A DNA stretch of 57,613 bases, counting the filler, from Asterionella formosa (Eukaryota), in NCBI GenBank assembly GCA_002256025.1. It is 4 parts of 4 records of this genome, joined end to end, with 100 filler letters (N's around TTAATTAATTAA, not from the genome) between each part and the next. Parts side by side here need not be neighbours in the genome. Positions count along the whole stretch, not along the records: positions 1 to 14,351 come from NKIB01006035.1; positions 14,452 to 28,780 come from NKIB01006039.1; 2 more parts are not named here. One strand, written 5' to 3'. Of the stretch, positions 13,634-25,710 are shown in pieces. A program made the translations under genes and the position numbers. The notes beneath the pieces are model-generated. The model worked only from the letters and a program-made list of their open reading frames with translations, was not told where the DNA came from and ran no database searches. Within the stretch, counting starts at the first letter, position 1; each line of letters begins with the position of its first letter.

Positions 13634-14120
13634 ATGATGGCCTTTTGGGGACAAGATAAAATAGGACTCTATTTGGAATTGAACATGGAGGATTTTGCGC
13701 ATGTTATGCTTCAAGATTATCATGATATTTTTGGAAAGTATCCAAGAGACGCATCAATCTCAGCATTATTTCCAGGAATCATTCTCAGGAATAATCCAGA
13801 CAAAGTAACTCTCCACAAAGAATATCATTCTAGCTATGGTCGGTAAATTGTAGTATTTTGTGAAAAAAAGTTGGACTAGTATGCGAAAATGAATGTCGGG
13901 ACCATTCCCAACATTTAGAGAGTCCAAGAGGGGTCATTGGCAAATGTTTCTTCAAAGGCCCAGCTCCTTGATTGTAAAATTTTTCTTGATTTCATTTTTG
14001 AACGATTTAATATAATTTGGCTTGCCATAAATTGCACAATCATCAACATGTGTAGCAATTATTAGGATAAGTGCATTGTTTTCTTCCTTGATGGAGAATG
14101 CACGCTGATACTAGACTTGT
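13634..14120. mobile_element. Rearranged Ty1/Copia reverse transcriptase relic
   Basis: Minus strand ~14100-13941 reads IIATHVDDCAIYGKP..FTIKELG..KKHL. Plus strand ~13640-13945 reads WGQDKIGLYLELNMEDF..HKEYH..SQHLESP, the RT part that normally follows. Confidence 0.65.
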
Positions 14121-14351
14121 TTGACTATACCAATCTATCCAGCAAATGTTGCGACTGTTTGCAATCTCTCTCGTCTAAGGGTTAGACATTCGATAAATGT
14201 CTCCAGTATGATTATGAGAATAACCAACCATCCCATATTTAATGGCCTTTTCTTCATTTTTTCTTAGCACCTATTTTCACCCATCCAAGCCAGCCAAACT
14301 GCATTAAATGATCGTAAATCATTAGAAACGTATTATAAAACTTCTCATCTG

Positions 14352-14451
14352 NNNNNNNNNNNNNNNNNNNNNNNNNNNNNNNNNNNNNNNNNNNNTTAAT
14401 TAATTAANNNNNNNNNNNNNNNNNNNNNNNNNNNNNNNNNNNNNNNNNNNN
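14352..14451. other. Artificial contig linker (N-TTAATTAATTAA-N)
   Basis: 100-bp N run with a central six-frame-stop 12-mer at 14396-14407; identical structure at the two other joins. Confidence 0.95.
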
Positions 14452-15045
14452 TAATTCGCGTAGATTTCTTGCATGGTTTGAGGACTGGTTTGGTATCATT
14501 ATGTACCGGTAGTCAGGAAGGAAAAGCACATGTTTGTAGCCAGCCCGTAACCGTTGAATTTTCGTGATACTTTTTGGTGATACAAATTCATTTTTATTTT
14601 TGTGGAGAATGGATTTTTTCGGTTTAAATCGAGTATCCGTTACATGATACTTTTTCAAAAAAAATGATACCAAATCGAAAATGATAAGAACGACCCTAAG
14701 CAATATTTTATTTTTTGCCTACATACTAGAGTGGGTCTCAAATTCAGGAACCTTTTTATTACTCGTCTACCGGTACATATATTATTATAAAATCCGTATT
14801 ATAGAGCATCTCCACCGCATCGACCAAATACCAAAGCTAATTGCTGTTGAAAATATCAATACACGTCACTTGGTCAAGAATTTTTTTATCAATATTCGAA
14901 TTTTTCATGTTTTTTCCCACCGCATCGACCAAATCCTAGAATAGTCAAATCTCGCGCCGAAACTTTTAGCGAATAGATATAGAGTTATATTGTCTTTATA
15001 TGTCTATCGTTGAAATAGCAGTGGTACATAAACACAAATTAAACA

Positions 15046-16325
15046 ATGAGCAATGACACTGACTCATCTGATGATGATTGCCACTACCATTTCCGCAAGA
15101 TGCATTGTCAACAAAGAAGAGAGAATGATGAAAAGAAAATACAAAATAGGGGAGGAGGTTCCAAGGTTGGCAAGGCCACTAACATGAATCGCTTTCGCGC
15201 AGAGTACGATAAGCTGTTGAAGGACGACTATTTAGGCGAGAATCCAATCTACTCTCATGCACATTTCAGGAGGCGCTTCCGGATGCGTCGCTCCTTATTT
15301 GAAAAGATTCTTGAAGGTTTGGTTGAGGCGAATCCATACTTTGAGCGAACAGAAGAAAGATGCCTTGGGTCTGGTCGGTTTTTCGCCGCATCAAAAGTTA
15401 ACCTCAGCACTTCGAATGTTGGCTTATGGAACTTTGGCGGATCAGCTGGATGACCTCACAAGAATGGCTGAATCGACTCCACTCCACAACCTAAAAGTGT
15501 TTTGTAACTCAATAATCAGCAGGTATGGACAAAAATATTTGAGAGCTCCTACAAAGGATGACATGGAAATGGTTTTACGTCTACATGAAGCAAAGTGTTG
15601 GCCGGGACTTCTTGGTTCATTGGATGTGATGCAGTGGCTGGGAATGGAAGAATTGTCCCAAGGCACACAGAGGAGCTTTTCAAGGAAAAGATGGAGTGGC
15701 TACTGTTGCTTTGGAAGTTGCAGTTGATTGTAGACTTTGGTTCTGGCATGCATGGTTTGGAATGCCAGGTGCTAACAACGATCTCAATATTTTGGATCGT
15801 TCTTCGTTTTTCCGGGACAGCTGGAAGGACTCCTGCCGTCAACTTCACAATCAACAACAAAGAACACAATCTAGGTCACTATTTGGTTGATGGTATCTAT
15901 CCAGACTGGCACATTTTGTCAAAACAACTTCGGAACCACAAGTTGCAAAGCGTGCACATTTTTCAATGGTTCAAGAGGCCCAACGCAAGGACGTAATGCG
16001 AGCATTTGGTGTGCTACAAGCAAGGTGGAGTATCCTGGCGCTTCCGTGCAAACTTTGGTCAGTGGGTGCAATGAATCATGTCATCATTGCATGTATCATA
16101 CTACACAACATGATTATAGAAGATGAGTGGGATACAAAAGACACAAACAAATATTTATTTGATAATATTCAGGATGGCTTTTTGGTTGACAATGTGAATC
16201 ACAACAATGTGCATACCTTTCTAGATTTCAAAGCAATTCGAATGAACTACATCAATAAAAGTGAGCACTATCAATTGCGAAATGATTTGATTGATCATCT
16301 GTGGACTCGAAATGAGGATAAATAA
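15046..16325 (+). pseudogene. Harbinger transposase (Plant_tran-like), frameshifted
   Basis: FRRRFRMRRSLF, QKLTSALRMLAYG, GLLGSLD, WFWHAWFGMPGANNDLNIL, YLVDGIYP, RKDVMRAFGVLQARW, CIILHNMIIEDE and LRNDLIDHLW across at least four frameshifts. Confidence 0.9.
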
Positions 16326-16430
16326 AATATAGTAATTTATTTATATTAAATTAAACAATCTATTGACTCTTATAATGTAAATCGGAAACAATTAAATGAT
16401 ACTAGCAGGGCAATTAATAACCAAATTAGT

Positions 16431-17241
16431 TTAAAACTCTAGTTGCTTAGTTTCTAGAATTGATTCATCATCATCAGTAGATGCTGATGGAGAAGTTGAA
16501 ACATCTACTTCAGCAGAACTGCTAAATTCTTCTAAATCTTTTTTGGCCTTTTTGGCTGCCGGTTTCCCAATCACAGCATCTATCTCCTCCATTGCTTCTT
16601 GTGCCTTCATGGCAAACCACCTTTTTGCTTCTGCTGATTCTTTATTCATTGAAAATATCTTGAATAGAAACTTGTCACTTTGAGTTTTCACCTTTCTTTC
16701 AAGCATCATAACATGCTTCTGCTCAATGACAAGCTGAGCATTTGCAACATGCTTTTCATTCTTGGCGGCTTTTACCCCTATGGGATGCAACTCATACTTC
16801 AAATCATCGAGCTTCAATTTTGAATGATCCTGAACATAACTACAACCACCCTTCCACTTCGGGGCTTCCTTTAAAATATACCAACACCCTTCGAAAATAA
16901 TTCTTTGCCTAGCCTTTTCCCTTTTCCTTCCAATTTAAATAGCTTCATAGCTTCTCAAATGTATTTATCCTCCGTCCATCCCGATTTTGGAACACTTGTC
17001 ACCTATGCAAAAAGGCTGCAGAACTTTGTGACGTCTTAATTTATCATTCCCCATCGAGCCATGCATGCTGTTGACGTCCGCTCCTTGCCATTCGGGATGA
17101 GACCTACATAGATCTCAAACACCCGGCCCCAAACTTGCTTGCCTTCTGACCAGTCCCAGTGATTGAGTCTTCATTTGCTGCAACCCAGGACTGAGCAAGC
17201 ACTTCATCCTCTTCCTTCTCCCATGTAACACCTGAACCCAT
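16431..17241 (-). pseudogene. Harbinger accessory Myb/SANT-like (NAM-associated) protein, disrupted
   Basis: MGSGVTWEKEEDEVLAQSWV..DSITGTGQK, then W..LKEAPKW and PIGVKAAK motifs; lies inside the TIRs opposite the transposase. Confidence 0.8.
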
Positions 17242-17747
17242 ACTGACAACAAGGTTGAATAAATTATGCATATATTTATGAGTTGCCACCAAGCACATAC
17301 GCTGATGGTTGTATTATTGCTAGTCTACATGAAGATTGTACCGAAAATGTATTGCAACGATTTATGCACTCACTAAACCATAAACGTTAGGTTGCCGGCG
17401 CAAGCCACAATCTAAACCAATAGAAATGCTTCTTTTATTTGGCTACTTTCGAAGGCTAATCGACCAAATACCTGATATTTGGTCAATAAGGGAACACAAC
17501 ACATCATGACGTGTAATGATTCCTAACTGCAATTGGGTTGGTATTTGGTCGATGCGGCGGAGATGCTCTTAGCTAATAAAAATAACAATAATAAGCACAT
17601 GTACCTACCGGTAGTAATATGAAATGATCATCTGAAAAACGATTCATGATTTGACAATCATACGCACTTGCATCCAACTTGCTTCATACCCTCATTGTTC
17701 ATTTGTTGTACGCATGTTCTGACGACATAATTTCGATCTCCAAGACT

Positions 17748-18689
17748 ATGAAGCGAATACTGATAACTGGAGTGTCCGGCTACCTTGGTCAGCATCTCCT
17801 CCACAAGCTCCTCATCAGTAGTACATCGGATAGCGAGAACTATGTAATCCATGCGTTGTACAGGAAACTAGAAGGCTTTGAGGAAAGTGTGAGGCACGCA
17901 ATCAAGTGTCCCAAGGCCAAGGTTTATTTTGCTACTTTTGACATAACTAATGCAGCCTCCATTTCGGATTATGTCCAACGCCATGGTACCTTTCATATTT
18001 GCATACATCTCGCGGCTCTTTCGTCGCCTGCGATATGTGAAGGAGATATTGATCAGGCAAGGGCATTGAACGTGCCAACACATTTGTTCCAAGCACTGGG
18101 CGAAACACCTATAGTAGCTCTATCCACAGACCAAGTCTATGATGGACACACACCTATCTACAACGAACTTGATGCACCTAATCCGATGAATGTATACGGC
18201 AAAACCAAGGTCGAAATGGAGCAGCATCTGTTACTTACGTACCCCAAAGTTGTCTGCCTGCGATCCAGCATTATTCTGGGGAAGCTGGCTCCGTTCGGGA
18301 AAGCTCATTCAACCTTTCTTCACTTTTGTGCCTCACAGGCAACCATGGAAACTTCGTTTTACACGGATGAAATACGGAACGTAATCGCTGTCAACGATGT
18401 TGTTGCAGTTCTAGAATGGTTCTGTGAGAATGGCATCACTGAACAAACCCGTGGTGTATACAATATGGGTGGGAAGACAAGGGCAAGTCGATTTGACATG
18501 GCACAGATTACAGCATCTGAATGTGGACACTCATCTGAACTTGTTGCTCCAGCCAGAAAAGCAGACCAATCAAAAGGAGACGTACCATCTCCTTTGGACA
18601 TTAGCATGAACAGCACGAAGTTGGAGAATCTTGTTGGCCTTGAGTTTCAAGGTCTGGATGAAATTGTAAGAGCTACATTTGCTTCGTGA
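17748..18689 (+). CDS. RmlD-like / MAT2B-like extended SDR (dTDP-4-dehydrorhamnose reductase family)
   Basis: Rossmann motif ILITGVSGYLG, plus HLAALS, LSTDQVYDG and catalytic PMNVYGKTK; ATG at 17748. Confidence 0.88.
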   Translation: MKRILITGVSGYLGQHLLHKLLISSTSDSENYVIHALYRKLEGFEESVRHAIKCPKAKVYFATFDITNAASISDYVQRHGTFHICIHLAALSSPAICEGDIDQARALNVPTHLFQALGETPIVALSTDQVYDGHTPIYNELDAPNPMNVYGKTKVEMEQHLLLTYPKVVCLRSSIILGKLAPFGKAHSTFLHFCASQATMETSFYTDEIRNVIAVNDVVAVLEWFCENGITEQTRGVYNMGGKTRASRFDMAQITASECGHSSELVAPARKADQSKGDVPSPLDISMNSTKLENLVGLEFQGLDEIVRATFAS

Positions 18690-18959
18690 ATGAAATAGAG
18701 GAGACTATCCTCGATGGTAATACATGGCAATAATATGTGGAGTTTTGTATTGATATAGCCAGTTTGTAGTGCAGATCCTACCGTAATTGCACAAACTTCG
18801 CCTCGACGCACTGGAGCCAGGAGCCATAGTCTTCATTTGCTTAAAAGTAATTTAAGAAGACAATCTTGCTAGAGTTATCGTTTGTCCACACAACCCCCCC
18901 CCCTCCCCCAAATGCCGATTCTTTCTTCTTTCATTGTCAATCAATTCCTTGTTGGTAAC

Positions 18960-21447
18960 TTGCATTGGGCTATCTCTTTGATTTGTTGGGCTTGATAATA
19001 ACATTTCATAATACAAATTCCTCGCTCACATACTTCTATCGGAGGCATAATGAATGGTTTCTTGAAACATTCATGATTCTAATGTTCATATGACAGCAAA
19101 TTCGCTTAGGAACTATGTCAACAAAGTTTCTCTCACTTTCAGTACACAAAGAGATTTGATTTGATCCATATCTTTGGGCAAATATGCCAGATCATTGTGA
19201 TTCAGGTTGAAGAACCTTAGATTGGGCAATAGGTTAGGGTTTGGAGGAATGACAATTTCCATTACTTTGATACTTTCCATATTGAGTTCTTCTTCGAGAG
19301 CCAAAAGTCCTTCGAGCATAGACTGTTTTGACAGTGGTAAAGAAATTTGCAAATCGAGGAGAATTTTTAGTTGAAAAATATCCTTCACTAATTCCTATAA
19401 TTGGCATGCTCTGATAAAATTTATAAAAAATATTATATCATGTGTGTACTATAGCACAAATTATTTTGGCGATTCGCTCTGATAATCGAGATATTTGAGA
19501 TTATGTATCTGACATCAAATATAAATTTAACTTAAATTTATGACAGTTAAAGTTTCATAGCGATGCATGCTCTTATGTGCTATGTCGCCTCTTGTTCACT
19601 GTATACATGAGTTCCATAATTTCACCAGTGGTGGTCACTGACCATGTCGGCTTACCTCTCATCTCCTGATGATGACGATGATGCCATGAGGCGACAAAAC
19701 ACTTGAAACTCAGGCACAATTATGCAATCCAAGTGACACAGCAAGATCCTGTCAGGAGGCAAGACTTGTTGACAATCTAGCGAAATTGAAGCTAACAAAA
19801 TAATGAATAGAATAATAAATGCACTTAGTTTCTTCATTTCGCTTTTATTTTCAGCAACCAGTGCAGACATTGCACATGAATTGATAGTGCGACCACTCAA
19901 ATTTTATTGCGTGTGGATTGTGAGCAAGAAGACATGATCACAACAAAAATGGAAGCAAACAATTGATGAACATCTTAATATACCTTTAGGATGATTGATG
20001 TGTATATGCATTTGCATACTGATACCTATTTTGGTGAGAGCAAGCCATTTTCGGTATGAGCAAGCAAGTCTTGAAATCTTATGGGAAATCATATGTAGTC
20101 ATTCATGCCTGGACATCCACTTATATTATACACTGTTATTTACAACTGTATAACATTTGTGTTTCTGTTGATAAAATTTGGTGACTTTGGTTTGCACCTG
20201 AGGGGCGAACTGGAGTTACCAAATTTACAAATTTTTGGTTTATGGGTACAACGATTTGAGTTATAATGCACATGATATAATTTTTTAATACCAGAGCGCG
20301 CCCAAAGTAGAAATACCCATCACACACTATAATTCAAAATGTTACAAAGAAACACGACAAATGACAACATATCTCATCTAGAAATTCTGTGAGACGATTT
20401 TGAGACAAATTTAGCCTCTTCAAATGGGGCAGCAACCTTTTTTCTGGGAAAGGCATCTTATCACAATTAATCAAATCAAGATTCTTTAACTTTGGGAATG
20501 AAATCACCAACGAATCAAGAATGGTCGCGACTCTGTTATTTCCAGCCAATGATAGCTCATGCGACAAATTTCCTAATGGTTTGTCCACCAAGTCTTCAAT
20601 GGGAAGGTGAGCATAGGCCAAACTCAAATTCTCGAGGAGAAGTTTCTTTTTGAAAGGGAAGCTTACCATTTCACACTGGTCCAAGCTGGACATCATGATT
20701 CTGGATGATTTTGAGTTATCCCAAGGGACGTGTTATTCATCTGAAAATGGGAACGCAAAGGGGATATCCCATACAGAACAATTATTGTTTGCCATTGAAC
20801 CAAATAATTTTTACTAGAGTGTTGGGTGCAAGTCAACGAGCCTATCCTCTGAGTATTGGGCGGAGAAACAGGGAACAGTTGTATACCTTTCGTCCAATAA
20901 ATGTATGGTTGACAAACAAGAGAGAAATAGAAAAAAGTGAGTTGGAGGACAAAAATTAGTTCATTTTCATGACCTCTTCTACGTTGCACTAACCTCTAGT
21001 TTTTCAGCAGCATTTGATGTAGTAATTACTGGCGTCCTCCAAAACGACGCATAAGAGTCTTGTTGACAATGATTACTGCTAGTATTAGTTCGTCCATCAT
21101 TCTAACGATCCTCCTCTGGTGCCATCACTGTAAGATGCTCGACAACAACAGAAGGCTTAATATTACGTAATAGTCAGCCATTTGTACCTCTTGATTGGAA
21201 ATAGGTGTCAAACTACTTTTAACAGCATTGTTGGTAGCCGAAAAGGATGAGTTTGCCTTGATGCCCTAGCAACACTGTCAACCTTGCTGTTAGATGTTGT
21301 CGTCATTTCTCTTTCTAGCTCCATGCCCAAGAAAGCATATCAATAAATTTCTAATTCACCATGTCGTCCATATAAGAGAAAATTCTTGCTTGCTTGCTTT
21401 CTATTATTAATCTTTGTTTTGGTTTCATTGTTTCCAATCGCCATCAT
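18960..21447 (-). pseudogene. Degenerate leucine-rich-repeat protein gene, split by a ~0.9-kb unrelated segment (~19400-20330)
   Basis: LRR units LKNLDLINC, LKRLNLSQNRLTEF, LEELNMESI, LRFFNLNHNDLAYLP and a NPFIMPPIEVCERG cap, with stops and frameshifts. Confidence 0.6.
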
Positions 21448-21480
21448 AACTTCAAACCAACCTGATACATCAATACAATA

Positions 21481-21791
21481 AAAGTATAGTATGTTTTATA
21501 GCCTATTAGTACTCCCCTATTTCTAGGCAATTCTTTAGTTGTGCTACCTGCCACCAATCACTTTTGCATCGCGAAAGGTGATCGTCTTAGCCGCAGCGTT
21601 AGCAGGGGAAACTCCGACCGCCTAGGAAGGCAGCACAGACTGCTTGTATGGGGGCAACCCATTGTTTCTTGCACACCAGGCAAGACGATACGGGACAGTA
21701 AGGACTGTGGGTGTCGAAACCAACAATTGCGGGAATCGAACCTGAAAACCTCAGATCAAAGGCAACTTACTAAACCACTAAGCCATTCCCT
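21481..21791 (-). mobile_element. tRNA-derived SINE-like element (body type B) with 18-bp TSD
   Basis: Minus-strand head GGGAATGGCTTAGTGG (A box) ... GGTTCGATTCC (B box). Flanking direct repeat TGATACA(T/A)CAATACAATA at 21463-21480 and 21792-21809. Confidence 0.8.
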
Positions 21792-22148
21792 TGATACAAC
21801 AATACAATACATCGTGGTTTGGTGATTAAATACTTATGTAGTTCGCATTGTGCACTCTAGCATTCCAAAGACCGAATTCTCTGGGAGCATCAACACATCA
21901 CAAAAGGTAGGTTTCATTTTCCTTCATCCGACTTCAACAGATAAATTACAGCATCATCATTGTGTGTTTTTTAAAGAACAAATGCATATTATATTGACAG
22001 AGTATTTATAGAAACAGAATATTGATTTAAGAGAGTCATCGTCAAAATTCATGTTGCATACATGGGCATTCATACACTGGGTGTGGTATCCGATGCAGGG
22101 CACATGCATTAGTATGTGGTAAGTGCATGAGGGATTGCGGAGGTGAGA

Positions 22149-22519
22149 TCTTAAAAGCTTCATACTCCTTCCCACGTGCGGGTATCTCCTTACGTAGAAC
22201 TTGCTAGTACTTATACCTATTATTTCTAGAAGCCCTTCTTGCTAGTTTTCGCTGTTCACCTTTCTCAATCGATTCTCATTGTTTCTTATTTTATTAAGAT
22301 TAGTCTAAAAACTTAGTCTCAATCCCAGTCATGACACTTTGAGAACCTCTTCTTCGTGTTCCCTTGTTGTTGATGCAAACATTCTTTTGATTAATCTGAA
22401 ACATCAATCTTGTAAGCCATTTTCTGACATGGGAATGCTCCATTTGATTCATTGTACTATAAGCGAGTCAACAAGAATTCTCGTGACTCATAATAGCCAC
22501 TGATACTCAACTTTTTGCA
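22149..22519 (-). mobile_element. Diverged solo LTR of the Copia family found at 29511 and 30952
   Basis: Colinear similarity along its length to 29511-29895 (e.g. GAGAACCT.TTCTTCGTGTTCCCTT, GACATGGGAA, GTGACTCAT.ATAGCCA); no internal sequence and no clear TSD. Confidence 0.8.
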
Positions 22520-25500
22520 CGTCGAGGAAAAGGGAAAGAAACATACTAGCTTCGGTAGGTGCATTGATGATACAAATTCGGGTACCAGGTATACAAGGCA
22601 GGTGCGAACGAAAACAATTTTGCACAGAACTGTCCGAAAATGCACAAACCGTCAGTCAGGGGAATTCATGACATTGCAAACAATGCGAATTTGCTAGTCG
22701 CGTAAAGAGCATACAGTGCATTGTTACATGTCTATATTTAACCTCGAAATGACCTGCTCAAGATTTCATAGATATATGAACCACAACAATTAGCATGTAC
22801 ATGATAGTCAGTACTGAATAACCATGCGTTGAGGTATTTTCTTGCATTTTGAGATGCTGCGCCCTCTCCGAGATTTCTATCGCTCAAGTTTTCGCTTCCA
22901 TTTGGGTCGTAGATAGAAATAATTATCTAGCAAAAGTTATTAAGCTAGTCAGTGCGGACTCAGTGATATCTCGTGTTGTTTGTATCCTCAAAATTGAGAA
23001 AACGACGACGGAAACAAGAAATTCTAGCGGCGATTTGTCAATTTTGGCGCAAAAATTCATTATTGAACGATTACCTCGTCTATGTTAGGCTAGATACATG
23101 TACGAAATAGCCATATTTTATTTTCGTGGAGATATGCAGTCCAATAATTTCGTTGCGGTCAAGACGAAGTTGCTCTCATCGTCCCCCTACTACAGGAGTA
23201 GAAATCAAAATTACTTGTTATTCAGCTATGTGAAATATATTTTATATGCCTGTATAGATATTTGAATAATTTGAACTGGTACTGGTAGTCCTACGTATGG
23301 ATATGAAACCATGCAGAGGTTAAGATGCACAACATACCACCAGTACTGGTACCAGTACTACTATTACCTGGGACTCTCTGTCCTTAGAGCTGTACCTGGT
23401 ATAGACCATCTTCACAAACTGTAGAAACATAAGAACAACATGCATGTCATGAGCATTGTCAAAGCAGCGTACCGGTATTACTGAACTGGGTAACAACATT
23501 TAGGTATGACATGATAATTATAATGCAGCAAGTACCAGTATGATGTCATGAAACTCCTCCCCCCCGCCCGAAGGGCCATCGTCAGTTACAATTTCTTTTC
23601 AACATTTTATGCATGTGGCCAAGAGGAGCATGATTATACCATTTGAAGGGAGCAACTTTTTCATTCATTTGTTGCATCATGTATTTCACACAGACAACAT
23701 CATCCTTCTTGAGAGAAGAATTGAAAGGAACTTTCCAAATACTTTGTACAATCTCTTCCAATCCTTGCAGATTGCGACGAGGCATCACTGTAACCTTTTT
23801 CTTATCAAAGGATAATTGATGCCGGATAAATTTGTCATTAGATGCTGCTGTACTTTTGAGCATAGATAAGGGTATGAATCTTAAGAGCAGCCTTGTCCAA
23901 TCCTTGTTTGCTATATCCAGACCATAAATTTTGGTCAGCACATCTATAGTCCTCTTTTTGAGTGCAAATAGTTGTAGCGTAAACCGATGGAGACTTTTCC
24001 AATGATCCATGTATTTTTGACCAACTTATTTGAAGAGGAAGCTCCTTATTCTTGGTATGAATGCGCATTTTGTTACTGATCTGTTTTGCTAACAACAACT
24101 CGATTCGATTTTCTGCAGCCAATGTGCCATACAACACTCCCACCATGACCACTGGGGACGTAATAGTGTACTAGTAGGTACTATCAGTTGCTGCGCGCTG
24201 GTACAGTAAAGCTCCTTGCTGGACTTGTTCTTGCTCCACTGAATCGATTGTTTGATTGCACACATCACAGCATGCTTCAGGGCCAGCAACCAGCATGAGA
24301 TGAGGAGGAGAGAGACATTGATAAGTTGCATTTCAGTTTTACCGGACACTTCGACATTTAGTATGTAGGTGAAATATGAACAGGCTAAATACAATGAATT
24401 CTACACACGAGGTTACCACAGGACGGAATCCAGAATCCGTTTGTAAGCCATACTTGTTATTGTCGAAATACGGCAACAAATTGTATAAACACAATGCCAT
24501 GTGTGAAATCGTGCATGAATTTGTACGGTTCACCCGGTATACATAGTACGCTCAATGCACCATGTGACTACCGGTAGTATTTTGAGTTACTAGCAAACAG
24601 TACCTAGTATGTCATGCTATTTCGAGGAGGTGTTTGCTATGATCTCACATTTGGCCTGCTAAGATTTAAGTGGGAACAAAAAGTACAAACTTTACTGTTT
24701 TGATTTGCTAGGTAATTAAGTCATCGTGAAGAGCAACTTGTATGAACAGGACCAGCATTGTTATGTTTTGAGTTGTTGGAGAAGAACTAGCTATACTGGT
24801 CACAATGAAGAAGAATTCTTCACATGGTCTGGAAGTAAACAAGCAAAAACTAATTTGGAGTTGGCTCACAGATTATGTAAACCATCAATTCTACTTGAGT
24901 CCAGCTTTGTTTGACAAAGTATCGCCATGACAAAAAATAATAATTCAAATGGAAAGGGAAATTCAATTTGGATCCAGTGAGCATTCAATCGAAAACAAAC
25001 AGTTCGGTCAGGTTTGTGTCGACTCATTCGAAAAGTGCATACATAATGTTTCTTGTACAGGATAATCTGCCCTTTCATTATATGATGAAGACTAGTGATG
25101 ATTCCTATGGAAAGCAAAATTCGATTTGGGTCTACTCAGAGTTGAACCAAATCAAAATATTAGGTCTGTGTCGACTACTGGTAGCTAGGTTGAAGCAGTT
25201 GGCATTACCTTCTACCGGCAGTGCCAGCACCGGTACCTTGAGTATACATATACCGGTAGATAAATGTGTGTAGGAGTCCCTATTAGGGACCAGGGTACAT
25301 TCTCCGAGTGCTGGTACACTGCATACGGTAGGCGAACAGTGTCCGTTCTGATGAGTCAAAGAGCGCGCCCAAATTGTTCATGGGCAACAAATTCCACCCA
25401 TAACCTATTTTGTCAGCCCTTCGTCATCAACAAAGAAGCAAATGATACAATAAATACACCGTAATATTGGTACCAGGGTTGTTACCAGGGTGGGTACCAT

Positions 25501-25710
25501 ACCGGTACACTATTACCGGTAGGTCTACCGGTACCTGGACCAGGGTACATAAATGTCATCCAAGTAGTCTACGGTACATAACTCGGTACATTATTTTTGT
25601 GTATCTTTTCTCGTCCATCCTTTTCTCCGGCGCAGGATCCTTGTTGCCCCCTCACCTGCTGCCACTCCACTCCACTTCACTCCTCTCATACTATCATCAT
25701 CGTCGTCAAT

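Larger units (their letters stand above)
14804..17568 (+). mobile_element. Near full-length PIF/Harbinger DNA transposon (~2.77 kb)
   Basis: 31-bp TIRs GAGCATCTCC(A/G)CCGCATCGACCAAATACCAA with 1 mismatch; flanks ATA/TTA (TWA-like TSD, 1 mismatch); convergent transposase and Myb/SANT-like ORFs; internal TIR-like copies near 14917 and 17459. Confidence 0.93.

Noticed and set aside
14396..14407. TTAATTAATTAA palindrome recurring three times inside N runs
   Set aside because: Six-frame-stop linker added when contigs were concatenated. It is not biological, and adjacency across these joins cannot be trusted.
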